Shown here one piece after another: positions 42,824 through 59,287 of a stretch of 64,000 bases of DNA. The first letter of the stretch is position 1. Every line of letters begins with the position of its first letter. The stretch is taken from the NCBI GenBank assembly GCA_002104945.1, contig MCFH01000008.1:62001-126000 (forward strand). Reading direction: 5' to 3'. The position numbers and the translations under genes are program-made. The stretch comes from Piromyces finnis finn. Taxonomy: Eukaryota > Fungi > Neocallimastigomycota. Under the pieces are notes generated by a model, which worked only from the letters and a program-made list of their open reading frames with translations, did no database searches and was not told the origin of the DNA.

Positions 42824-44830
42824 ATGTCTTTAGAAATAAATGATATAACATTAAAAAATAAAAGGAAATATAAGAGAACTCAGTCGTTTTATTTTAATTC
42901 AGATCCACCTTCAGAATCTAAATTAATTAATTTAAAATTTTTTAGAGATATTTATCTAAATCAATTAAAAAAAAATAATTGCACTAATGAGCATAATAAA
43001 GAAATATCAAAAGAAAATAATGTCATTGATAATGATTGTTTAAAATCATTTATACAAGAAAATAATCTATCGGAAAATATTGAAAAAGAACTAGAAGATA
43101 ATTGTTGGTAAGAAAATATTATTTTAATTAATAAATAAATTGTTAAAATAATTAATTAATATATATTATCCCATATTATTCTATTTAAATTTTTTTTATA
43201 ATCTTAAATTTTTTAGTAATGTTTTTAATTCTTTAAAGTATAAAGAATTTATTGAGCAACCTAAATTATTAAATGAGTTATGTAAAATTATTGATAAAAA
43301 TAATGTAAAAAATACAAGTAATTCAAATAACAACAATGAAAGTAGTAATTCAACAAGTAATAATAAAACTTCAAAAAAAGATAATACAGGATCTAAGAAA
43401 TCCTCTACAACAGAGGGACCTATTGAAGTGATATTAAATGAAATGAAGAAAAGTCGACTAAATACATTAAGGTATAAAATAATAATTGTAATAATAATAA
43501 TTTAATCCAGTAAATTATTATATGAAATTCCTAATAGTCTGATATTAAATTTTCTTTTTTTTCCTTTTCATATAACAATTTATTTTTTATTTCTTATTTT
43601 TATTTTATTTTTTTTTTTTTTATTAATCTAAATAATATTAATAGCGAAAATAATCATTTAATTGTTCCATTAAAGAAAAGGAAAACTCTAAATTACCTTG
43701 AAAAAATCGGGGTAAGCACTAAATTATTTTTAAATATTTTACTATTATATGTAATGGAGGATATAATTACTAAATTAAATCCACATATTTAGATTCAAAA
43801 AAGAAATATTAATACCATAGAAAATAATGCGGGACAAAGTCCAACTGAAGAAGTAATTAAAAATACAGATATAATTTTAAATATCGAATTTTATTGTCAA
43901 GATGATCCTTCCAGAGTCATAGATGAATTTGAAGTTTATGGAAATCAAAAATTAAAAGACCTAAGAGATGCCTTTTTTTGTTCTACAGAACCAATCGATT
44001 TTTTCTCGGATTCACAAGTAAATAGAGACTTTACTAAAATACCATCATCATTCTTTATAGAAAATATATTTTATAATAACTATTCTGATAATATTAAAGA
44101 TTATTATAGCAGGTAATTATAGTATTATATTAGATAGTTAAATTTTATTATTATCATTACTAATGATTGATATATATATATAATGATTTTGATTTTGATC
44201 CTAAAGCAATATAATAAATTGGGTATATAAAAAAAAAAGATATTTGCAACCAGGTTTAGGAAGATTTATATCAAAAAGTATGGATGATGTTAGATTCGTA
44301 GATTTATCAATTAGATTAAATTTCCCCTATCTATATATTCATCATAATAATTGTAAGCATATAATGATTTTTACAAATGTTAGGTAACTAAAAATATTAT
44401 GTTTAACTATGTGTTTTTTTAAGCTATTTAATTATATAAATTTATTAATATAAAAATAATAAATGATATAATAACAGACTTATTCACAAAACGGATGACC
44501 ATCATATTAGAAACTATCCAAAATTAGTATATAAGGGATGGGTTAGAAACTATAAATGTAAATTATGTTCTAATAAACTGGCAAAGTATGACATTATTAA
44601 ATACTTATTTTTAATAAAAATTTAATCATATCTCATGTTATTCTTTATATTTATTATATATTTTCGTTATTAAAAATAGATGGGTAACCTATGATGATTT
44701 GTATGCCACTGATAATCCATGTATTTGGTGTCAAGATTGCTTTGATAGCTTTCATAAAGATAAGGATGGAAATTTTATATATAAAGATTTTAAAAAATTA
44801 CCATTATTTATATACCCTGATTATTCTTAA
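42824..44830 (+). CDS. SNAPC3: snRNA-activating protein complex subunit 3 (SNAP50), multi-exon
   Basis: The spliced reading gives EFEVYGNQKLKDLRDAFFC, SSFFIENIFYNN, FVDLSIRLNFPYLYIHHNNCKHIMIFTNVR, and a C-terminal Zn finger CKLC..AKWVTYDDLYATDNPCIWCQDCF. Stop TAA at 44828-44830. Confidence 0.88.
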
Positions 44831-44853
44831 TCTTGTTATCAATATTTTAATTT

Positions 44854-44854
<1 letters not shown>

Positions 44855-44902
<48 letters not shown>
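44855..44902. repeat. (TTTA)n tetranucleotide microsatellite downstream of SNAPC3
   Basis: Seen directly. Confidence 0.9.
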
Positions 44903-44904
<2 letters not shown>

Positions 44905-45208
44905 TTATAATAAAAAATAAAATAAAATGTTATATTATAAAATACAATCAACTTTTATTAATACATTTAATTTGAAAAATATTAATATTTATTATTTAAA
45001 TATAAAAAGTTTATAAAAGATCATTTAACGTCAATATATATATAAAAAAAAAACATTTTTATTTCTTTTAAAAAAAAAAAATATTAACAAAAATGTAATT
45101 TATATGAAAAAAAAAAAAAAAAAAAAAAAAAGGAAAAAAATAAGAGCAGGTGAAAATTGACTATAAAGATTGTTAAAATTAAAAATATAAAATTAGGATT
45201 ATTATTTT

Positions 45209-45245
<37 letters not shown>

Positions 45246-45456
45246 TGTTGTTGTTGAATATTTTCTTCTATAGAGTAACTATAATTTATTTTTTTTTATA
45301 GTTAATTTTATTTTATCAAACTAAATATTATTGTTGATTTTTATATAAATTATATAAATTAAATTCTATTTTATAATATTTAAAAGATTAGTTTATTATA
45401 TTTTTTCTTTATCATTAAAGAAAATAATAAAGATAGTTGAAAGATCTTCAATTTAT

Positions 45457-47684
45457 TTAAACTTCTAAATTCTTATAATACGCTAATGATGTTCGTATTG
45501 GTTTAATAACATTATCATTCTATTTTTATAGAAAAAAAAAAAAAAGTAATTATAAAATAAAATAATATATATTGTTAATGAAAAAATCGTGAATATAAAA
45601 TTGTACTTTTAATTATAAAATAATATTATTATTTATTATTTATATATTTATATAAAAATAAATGTACCATATTTGGTAAAACTTTAGCCATAGCTTCAAA
45701 TATTGGAATCATTACAAAAGCAATAAAGTTTGATTGAGTTATTGATTTCTTAACCTTCTTTCTATCCATTAATGCTGATACTGGTAATCCTTCAACTAAT
45801 TCTTTATCATGTTGCATAAAGAATTCTTCAAGTAAATTATCTACCCATGGTTCAGCAACATGTGTTGGTCTTACTTCATTTGAAATATCAGCGCTCTTAA
45901 TTAACATCAATAAAAGCTGCATATATGATATAGGGTGAAAGTATTAATATATATCTAATTATTAAAACATAATAAGTTTATTTAAGTTAATATACCATAT
46001 TTCTGTGTTCTTCATTTTTAAAATCAAATTTATCAGTCATATCTTTAAATTGGCCAACTAATTGACTATGTTTTGCCATATCAGTTGCTAAAATACATTG
46101 AATTATACCTTTTCTAACCTCTACAAATTCTTCATTTGATAATGATTCTAAAACATTTGCTTCTGGTTTCTTCAGTATATAGAAAAAAACAGCTTTTTAA
46201 AAAAAAAATAAATATATTTAATGATACTTTTTCATGAAAAAGTATTAAACTTATATATAATAATTACCACAATGATGATTTTCTAATGGAGATTGATCAT
46301 TATATAATAAAGCTAAATCTGTTTTAGCATTAACTTGATACTACATATTTAATTATATAATTAATATATAATAATAAAATTACAAAAATATATTATTATA
46401 ATTTATGAAAAAATAAATAAATTATATTTACAACATTATTGCATCCAGGATGATCTCTGTATTATAGATATACAATTATTCAATGGATTTATTAATGTAT
46501 ATAATAATTCAATTAATTAGTTAACTATTATGAATATATGAAATATAAAATATTTAAATAATAGTATAACATACAGATCATGAGCAATGCCTATTTTTAT
46601 AATTATATATATATATAAATGATTAGGTTAAGATTTATTAAAATCTATTCTATCCACTATATTATATTCAATACTTACATGATAACATTAAAATTAATTT
46701 TTCACGAGGAGTTAGAATATTGACTAAATTCGTTATATTAATTATTCCATACATCTATTATTAAATATATTAAATGATGCATATTCAAATAGAGTAAAAT
46801 ATTTATATATATTATTAGCTTTTAATGAATTTCAACTTTGAAAATGAAAAATATTTTTATTCTTTTTTTTAATCTACTAACCATCTGAGTTACACAGAAA
46901 CAGTGAATAAAATTATGAAATGGCTATTTTTTAAAATGGAAATTATTAAGAATATTAATATATATATAATGAAATGGTTATAGATATTAATTAAAATTAA
47001 TATAATATTAAATATAAAAGTGTCCAATAATAAAAGAATCGGATTATTTACATTCTTATTATAACATAATTTACAACAATGTAAGAAATTATCCAAAGTA
47101 TCAAAATTGATTTTAAAGCTGTCGAGTAATCCAAGATCTATAAACATATGTTCAAGAAGAGAAATCATTCCATTTTCTTTCCATTTCCATATATCAAATG
47201 TTGGTTTCTTTAAATGCTCTATAACATCTTTATTAAATGAAGGTCTTTCAATATTATGTCTATATATCATTTCAACATTTTCAACTTTATTTTTAGCAGG
47301 ACACGGAGTTTTTATTGGTGTTGTTGATGTTGAGGTTGATGAAACTCTTGGATTTATGTTTAATCTGTCTTCATCTTCTTTATTCTCTTTATTATTTGTT
47401 CCGATAATATTATTACTACTTGTACTATTTTCAAGTTGATTTATTGGTTTTTTCTTACGAAAAATAAGTCGATATGGCTTTTTTTCGGTATTTGGTTCAA
47501 TTTCGGGTGAAATTGGAATTATAGTACCATCATGTTTATATAATTTTAAAATTATATCTGGATCATCTGAATAGTCTGCAACATTACATAAAAAACTTCG
47601 AAATTCTGATGTTGTTGTTTTTGAAAAAAGCTCAATTACTTCATTCCCAATACCCTCAATATTTAAATATATCTTTTTTGACAT
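45457..47684 (-). CDS. Class I 3',5'-cyclic nucleotide phosphodiesterase, PDE9-like, multi-exon
   Basis: The spliced reading gives [61 protein letters not shown] and EEFFMQ...MDRKK...[15 protein letters not shown]. The N-terminal region ([27 protein letters not shown]) resembles that of PDE9. Stop at 45457-45459. Confidence 0.9.
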
Positions 47685-49921
47685 TTTAATTTATAAATAC
47701 AAATTTTGACTTTTTTTTTTTAATTATTCTCTACTTTGTTATTTTTTATTATTTTTTTTTAATAATTTTTAAAAACTTGATAAAATTGAAACTGATATAT
47801 ATGATATATATATACTTTAAGAATATATATTATTAATTGTTATTTTGATATTTCAATTTGAATATTAATATATAAATAAAAATTACGTTTTTTTTTAATA
47901 ATAATATGAAAAATTACATAAATATATTTGTTATTATCTTGTTTTATTTCTTTTAATTAACCGAAAATAAAAATTAAGATGTTTTCCTATATAATAATAT
48001 ATATTTAAGAAAGTCAATAGTATGAATTAGAATATGTTGTGTATCGATAATATTATTTTACTATTATAATCATTTTTCTTTTTTAAAAGTTTCGGTATAA
48101 TAAAAATTTTAATATTATTGATATAATCAATTTGTAATATAAAAAGTTTAAGGAATTATAATAACTAAAATAAATGTAACATCACTTTACATATTATCTT
48201 TGTTTTACCAATATGTTAAATATTATTAAAATATTATATATATCTATATATTATTTTATCTTTATTTTTTCCTTTTAAAAATGAAAAAAAAATAAGAATT
48301 TTTTTTAAAAAAATTCAAGTTATTATCATACTTGAATAAATTTGAATAATAACTTTTTTATTAAAATTCTAATAATTAAAAAGTAATATAAAAATATGTA
48401 TATATAAAGTTTACAAATTTTTAAATTATAAACTATATTTTTATTATATGTTTAGTAATCAAATGAATTTCTACAATACACTCATTTGATACTTGATGAA
48501 TAATTATACCTAATTTACTAATAATTTAGTTTAAATTATATCAATTATACTTTATACTATTATGGCATTTTATTTTTATCATTAAATTTTTAAAGTTTTA
48601 ATTTTATTTATTAGTAATTTCAGTCATTCCTTTTAAAAATCTCATACATTATTGATAATAAGTATTTAACTTTATTTTTTTTTTACCAACATAAATATAT
48701 TTCCTATATAAAACTTTTTAATCATTATTCGAAATAATCTTAAATTATAATTTTATCTCTATATAAATCTTAAATATAATAACCTTTTACATTTACAATA
48801 CAAAAAAAAACTAAAGAAACGTTTTTTAATATTTTATAGTGTAAAAAAATAATAAAAGAAAACGATATTTTAACACTAAATCTATATAAATTTAAACCTA
48901 ACGCTTATTCGTTTAATTGACCGATTATTACATATTATTACAATATTTTGTAGTGATTTATTTTTAATATCATTCATCCGTAGTCTTTGTGTTATATTTT
49001 AATTAAATAAAAATTATACTTTTTATGGATTAAAAAAAATTCAAAGACTATTGATGAAGGATATTATAAAAAGTATAATTTTTATTTAATTAAAATATAA
49101 CACTAACTTTTATAAATCCCATATACCACTACCACTAATTATTATAAGGTTAAAAAAAAAAAAAAAAAAAAGAAAATATAAAAAGATTAATATGAAATTA
49201 ACTTCTTCCTATTCATTATATGATTATATGCATTATTGTATTATTACAAAAATTAACATCTTTCAAATATTCTTTTAAACATTTGAATAATTATTATATA
49301 TATATATATATAGTATATGATAGTAGATGTAAAATGGTTAATAAATAGTATAAATAAATAGTATAACAAAAAAAAATTATCAAAGTTCACTTTTTTTTTT
49401 AGGTTAAAATATAAAAACTTAAGAGAATGTGTGGCTTGAAACATTATAATTCACATGATCTGTCAAGTTTTTTTAAAAGGTTCCACCTCATGTCTTTTCA
49501 TTTTTTTCTATTATTATTAATAATAAAATTATGAAATGTAATTAAATTAATAAAACATAATTTGATGAATTTAATCTTAATTTTAAATTAAATTTTTATT
49601 TAAATAAAAAGTTTTATTTCAAAATAGTTTAACGACGATTGAGGTTTTTTTTTTTTTTTCTTTTCTTTTCTTATATAAAAAAACTCAATTAGCCAAAGCT
49701 ATATATTGAAAGAAAAGACTCTATGAATATATATCCAAAAACAAATATAAAATTTTATTATAATCATTCAATTGTTTATTTTTCTAATCTTAAAATTATC
49801 TTTAAAAATTTCTATTATGAATAATAATAAATAAAATAATCATTTGGCAATAAAAGTATTATTATAATAATACAACTACATTTTACAATCTACAAAAAAA
49901 ATACAAATAAAAGGAATAAAA

Positions 49922-49923
<2 letters not shown>

Positions 49924-49966
<43 letters not shown>
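49924..49966 (+). repeat. Poly(A) tract, 43 nt
   Basis: Seen directly, about 320 bp upstream of the transporter start codon. Confidence 0.95.
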
Positions 49967-49967
<1 letters not shown>

Positions 49968-50283
49968 ATATATTAGTCAATGAAAAATTAAAGTTTAACA
50001 AAAACACCCTCATTGTAAATAGCAAATTCTTATTAAAGGCTTAAAATTTACAATCATTTAATTAAAACTGGTTTTTAATAAAATAAATATCACATATTTA
50101 AAATATAGAACGGATTATTATATATAAATATATATTCTTTTTCTTTATTATTCTTTAAAAAATTGAACAATATTAAAAATCTATTAATTGGAAATCTTGT
50201 AAATAATACAAATAAAAGCTATCTTTTTTTTCTTAAATATATATATATATATACAAAAATAAATAAATACATATAGAATCAAT

Positions 50284-52812
<2,529 letters not shown>

Positions 52813-53779
52813 ATAGATAAAAAAGAAGGGAAAATAAAATAAAAATAAAACATAAGCAAGCAAATAATAGATTATTTTTTTTAATCCTTTAAATTATATA
52901 TATATAAATGAAATTATGATAATGTTTAAACTTTTTTTTTTTTTCAATATTTTTTAAAAAGGCATTTATCATTCAGTATTATTAAAAAAAAAAAAAAAAA
53001 AATGCAACTATACTTTAAAAAAAAATAAGAATAAGAAAATAAAGTATAATTCCTTCTATTTATTTTATTTTACTTTATTTTATTTTATTACATATATGTA
53101 CATGGTATTAAATATTACAAACACATTCTTTTTTTTTTTTTTTTTTTTTAATATTTTCTCAAGCAATACAACAAAATAAGAATTAAAAAAATATAAATAT
53201 AAATAATAATAAAAAAAAAAAAAAAAAAAAAAAGCTTTCGCAAATAAAATTATAACTACATTTCTGTAGATATAAAAATAATTTTAATATCTATCTATCT
53301 ATATATATATTCTCAAATTATATTACTATTTATTTATTTTAATTTATAAAAATGTTTTTATTTCTTTTATATATAGTGTACAATTCTTTAAAGGATTTTC
53401 CATGTTATTTTTTTTTTTTTTTTTTATGTAATCATTCTATCCTTTCAAAATATAATTTGAATAGTGATTTATACATAAATATATATAAAAAATAACATTC
53501 AAAAAGTCAATTCCAAAATTTTAATATATTCTGCTGTACAATTCCAAAGATTAATTCTCATTTATGACTTTTTTTTTTATAAAATAAATCTATATTATCT
53601 ATATTATTTTTATCATTCATTTTCGTTTGCTAAATAATGTATACAAATATTTCTTTATACTTTTTTATTTTTTTTTTTTATTATATTTAATTTTTTTTTT
53701 TCTTTTTTTTATTTATTCCTCATAATTCATTATTTCTTAAAACCCATTTGAAATCATCAAATCAAAAAAAAAAAAAAAA

Positions 53780-56700
53780 CTATTTACTACTACCATAAAG
53801 ATCTTCTGGTTTTGCTGAAGAATATGCTTTAATATAATCATTTTCTAACAAAACATGATTACCAGATTCATTTTCATTGTCTTCAGAAGTATAATTCTTA
53901 CTAATTAATGAATAAGTTCTCTTAAACATATCTAATTCACTTAATTTATTGGTACTTCTTAGTTGATCTTGATTTGGATCATATAAACTTTGGGCATGAC
54001 GATAGATTCTAGAATTTTTACTACTTGAACTATGCCTACTTGAATAGGTAAAATTATTTTCTTCTATATAATTATGCTCTCCACTATCATTCATTGAATC
54101 ATTGAACACCAAAGGTTCTTTTCCCATGAAAATTTTTTCTCTTGAGAGCTTATGTTTAGATTTATTAAAGGAGGTAGATCCCTTATGATGAAGAAGTAAT
54201 TTGGATTTCGATATCTTGCTTTTCAATAACTCTTTACTCTTCTTCATAAAACCTTTATTATGCAATTTAGAAAATTCAGAATAATTATCATTTATAGAGG
54301 GTTCTTTCATCGATAGACTCATATTATACATGGCATTTGCATTTGAATTTGAATTATATTCTATAGGAATGGGTTGTTGAAGATTTAAACTGGTACTGGA
54401 TTGACTTTTATCCTTACTATATCTTCTCAAATAAACCTTTTTATTGCTGTCCTTTGCTGAATTCATATTAAAACTTGTATTATTTAATAATTCTTCACGT
54501 TTCTTCAATGAATTGGCTCTTTCTTTTTCGGTAGAAAAGGAGTTAATAATTGATCTCATCTTTAATAAGGATCTCTTTTTACTCTTACTTTTCAATTTAC
54601 TTTTTGAAGAGGAAGAGGATACGTCAGTAGAAATAGTTTTTGTATTAGATGCGTCATTACGACTCGATGAGGTATAATAAGAATTATTATCGTATGAGGT
54701 AGAAGCAGGAGAATTTAAACTATAAGAAAACGGATGAGTCATATTATTAAACGGGAAGGTGGATGTTCTCTTTTCAAATACTGAATAATCTTCATAACTA
54801 TAATCATTAGAACTTTCAACATCATAAGAATAATCCACAGTTGAGGCTTCATTTTCCGTTATTACAATTTCAGAAACTTCAGTGTTGTTATCATTCATAT
54901 CTATGACTTCATCTGTATCACTCATATCGCTACTATCTTTTTCCATAAGATAATTAAGTTGTTCAGAAATTTGCTCCGATAAACTTGGCGAGGAATTCAT
55001 GATAGGAGTGTCAAGAATATTTGATGAGGAATTAAAGGAATACGTTTGAATCATTTTTTTATCTAATAGATCATAAGTATTGGCATTACTATTTCTTTTG
55101 GTATTACTGTTATTAAAATTTTCTATGCTATTTGAATTATCAAAATTCACTCTATTATTTATGTTGTTTTGTAAAAGATTTATTTTATCATTTTCTGATT
55201 TTGATTTTATCATTCTACGGTTATCTAAAGAAGATGTTCTTTTATTAACAACAATGCCTGCATCGTTGTTTTCAAACATAGTGGTTTTGTTCTTATCCTT
55301 CATAGTGCTCAATTGATTAAGACTGATAGTTGAAGAACAAGATGATCTTGGGTAATGCGAATAAATAGAATTAGTTTGAACAGAAGAAAATTCGCTATTT
55401 TTATAGGATGACACAGAATCAACATCCGACAATGCGATTGTAGACGGCTTCAATGGAGTGAAATTATCTATATTTAATGAACCATTCTTTTTATGGCCAA
55501 GAACTGTTTTGGACTTTTGAATTGGATGAACGATTTCTAAGTTTTGCTTCTCTGAACTTTCAATGGTGCTTAATTTACTATCGGAATTACTATATTTCTT
55601 GTTTTGATAAATAATATCTTTTGCCATTATTGATAAAGAGTTATAAATATCATTATTTGCACAATTCTCTTTATTTACCCTATCATCTTTTCTACTTTCA
55701 TTTTTGTTATTAACGGTAGTGGATGATGTAATAAATGACGGCTTACTACTACTACTTGTTCTTATATTTCTAATGTTTGATATTTTTTTGGTATCATCAG
55801 AATTATCATTATATTCATCCTCACTTTCATCAGAAGACAATGAAGTCGTACTACTATCCGAATCATTATCGTCGTTAGTATATATGATTTGTCCAATGGG
55901 GTGACTTGTTCTTTTGACTATTTTATCGGGTGAACGATTAACACTTCTATTTACGGACTTTGATTGAATAGATAAATTTTTCGAAGGATTTCTCATTTTT
56001 GTTTGAAGAAGCATTTGATAATTGGAGGAATTTGAAATGGATCCCTTTCTCATTAAATTATTAATGTTATAAGAAGATGGCGGTATTGGATTGATTAATG
56101 AAGCAGATGATATAATAGATTTTGTTCTTACACTAGATGTATGAGATGCATATGAATTATATGGAAGGGAAGTGGTGAGAGTCGACGCCATTTGAGATGG
56201 GTAGGAAAGAATTAAAGCTTGAGGAATATTAAGATACGATAATATAGCAGAGGCAATATACTGATTTTTTGCATAATACTTGTTAATTGTAGATTCCATA
56301 TTTGAGCCTTTAATCGTATTGATAGAGATGTTTTCGGTATCACTGCGAAGGCTTGAATGATCATGTTTATCAAAAAGGGAGGTAATATTCAAGAAACTAC
56401 CCTTTCTCAATATACTATTCTTTTTATAAAGTTGATTTCGTCTTTCCATGACCTCGCCATATGCATTATTTATATCAAATTCACCTGTTTTAAGGGTATC
56501 AACTGTTCTAACAGTAGAATAATTATCATAGCTACTGCCTTCTGTATCGGTATAATTACCATTAATACTACTTACTCTACTACTCATTATATTACCATTA
56601 CTAGCCATTGTGCTTATACTACCTCTTCTATATTCATTACCATTAGTACTAATACTACTTCTTCTATATTCTGTACTTGTTAATGTAGTTATACTACCTC

Positions 56701-59287
56701 GTCTATATTCTGATACATTAGTATTATAAGTACTTATACTATTTCTTCTTTCACCACCATTTGCATGAATATTCATATTGCGAATAGCATTATCTGAACT
56801 TAAACTACCAACATCACTGATATTACCATTACTTAAACGATTAGTGTTAATGGAAAGATCATCAGACATCATTCCTTTTGAATGTCTTTTTTCAAATTTA
56901 GATTGTCTTCTAGAGAGTCGTCTATCGGAAGAGTTCTTTTTAAGATCTTTTCTATGTTTTTTTTTATTATTTAAATAGGAATAATAATCATAGCTTTCAT
57001 AGCCATCCTCCTCATCATTATCATATCTTTCCATCTTTAATATTGCTTCTGGTAAATTTCTACAAGAAGCTAATTTATATAATAATTTAGATTCTTGTTC
57101 ATCTGGTTTCAAAATATCAGATATACCTTCCTCATAAAACGATGCTAAAACATACCAAATTTTTGCTTGGATCAATCTTTCCTCATCTGAAGGCAAATTA
57201 TCTAATCTTGAAGCACATTGTAGCCAGAATAAGGCTGATGCTTCGTCTATATCTTGGTCATTTAAACCTCCTAAATTCCAATATGTTAATAAAATTTGAG
57301 AATATAAATGGTTTTGTTCAGCTGCTTTTGTAATCCATTCTTTAGTCTTTTCGAAAGAATTTGAAAAATATAAACCTCTATAATACTATTTTATAATAAA
57401 ATATAATTTTTTTTATTTAAAATAATTATATTCAAATATTAAAAATATTAATTTTTTTTTTTTTTTGCCATTAGAATTTATTTATAATAGTAATGTATAT
57501 AAAAAAAATAAAATTAATAGGATTAGAATTAGAATTTCCTCTTTATATAAATAATATTAATAATACAAAGATTGTAAAAAAATTATATAGTAATTTTACT
57601 CACCATAGCTTTTGTTGAACCATTTAATGAGGCTACATTAAGATAGTATTTTGATAACTTCAAATTCTTTTCTAATATATTTAAATATCCATTCTTGTAA
57701 AGTTCATATAATATAAAACATGCTTCTGACTGAACCTGTAAATTAAATTGTATTATTTTGCAAGAAGCAATTTTTTGTTTCATTCTTTCATAATAATTAT
57801 TTCCAGTAAATTCCCATTTTTCAGATTCTTCATCATTATTAAGTAATTTTGATACATCTTCTATAATAGATGATGACATAATAATATTACTGCTACTATC
57901 ACTTTTTATACTACTTTGACTTATGTTTCCAATATTCTCATCATCTTTTTCTAATTCTTTCATTATTTCATTCTCTGTTATTTCATTAGCATATTCTGTT
58001 TCTTTATCTAAATGAGATTCTGTAAAATTTTCTTGTACATTATCACTTGAAAGTTGAACATTAATTTCTGATATATTTTTTGATGGGAAAGGATTATGTT
58101 GATTTATAGTATTGATGAATGATGCTGTTCCATAACTATAACTATAACTATGATTATGAGAATATTTTTTATCAATTTTTACCGAAGCAAGACTTTTACG
58201 TCTTTCTGAATTGATTTGTGGTGTTAAAACTGGTGGTGAGTTATTTGAATAGTTGGTTTTGTTTTGCAATCTATCTTTCATAAATGGTAATGATTGAACA
58301 CGGGGTGGAGCCACTACTTCAGTAACCACTTCTATATCGTCCTTATTATTGGAACTTGATGATTCATATAATGGCAATGGATTTACAGTATTTGAATTGT
58401 TATTTTTTAAAGTATTTATTTTTTCAATATCCACTAAATCTGAATCTAAGGTGGCTGCTCTCTCTAACCAAAATACAGCTTCTTTTATTTTTATTTTTCC
58501 ATTATCTCTTTTATTTAAGTATAAATGAGCTAACTGTAGCATTGCTATATGGCCAAGTATTGATTCTAGAGCACAATGATATAAATATTCTGCTTTTTGA
58601 ATATCTTTGTCTATACCTAAACCGTGTTCAAAAAACAAACCTATATAGAATGCAGCATCATACAAATGATTTTTTAATGCTAATTCGAAGAAACGAAATG
58701 ATTTATAATAAATTTTTCTTGTATAATAAATTTTTCCTAATAAAAATTGTGATAATGCATGGTTCTTATTACTTAAATCCTATTATATTTTTTTTTTCAT
58801 AAAAACAAATGATAATAATAAATAAATAATAAAAAAAGTTATATTAATACTATAATAATAAAAAAAAAAAGATAATTTCAATAGATTTTTATTTCTTTTT
58901 TTTAATTATTTAAACAAAAAATCAACTTACTAATAATAAATTTAAAGTTTCATCATAAATTATATTTTTTTGCGATATAGATATATTACTATAAATAATA
59001 TTATCAAACTGATTCTCTCCAAAAAAGATATCAAGAACTCCTTGAGAAAAACGATAGATATACTCTGAATTCTTAGTAGCTACAACACTTGATCTTAATT
59101 TAAAAAAATCTAAATCACTCTTAATTTCATATATTGAATTTACAACTTTTTCAATATTAAAATCATTAGGTTCATTACTGTTAGTGATAGTATCATTTTC
59201 TGTTGTTTTTGCTGTTATTGTATTTGGGGTAGAAGGAGACGACATGATTGACTGAGTTTTTTCATTTACTACTTCATCGGTTTGCAT
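53780..59287 (-). CDS. Large SEL1-like repeat protein with a long Ser/Asn-rich disordered C-terminus, at least 3 exons
   Basis: ATG at 59287. SEL1-type segments YDAAFYIGLFFEHGLGIDKDIQKAEYLYHCA, AMLQLAHLYL...EAVFWLERAA, ACFILYELYKNG...NLKLSKYYLNVASLNG, KEWITKAAEQNH and IWYVLASFYEEG...ESKLLYKLASCRN. Joins ORFs 58922..59287, 57583..58665 and 53780..57196 (exon extends to about 57378). Confidence 0.75.
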
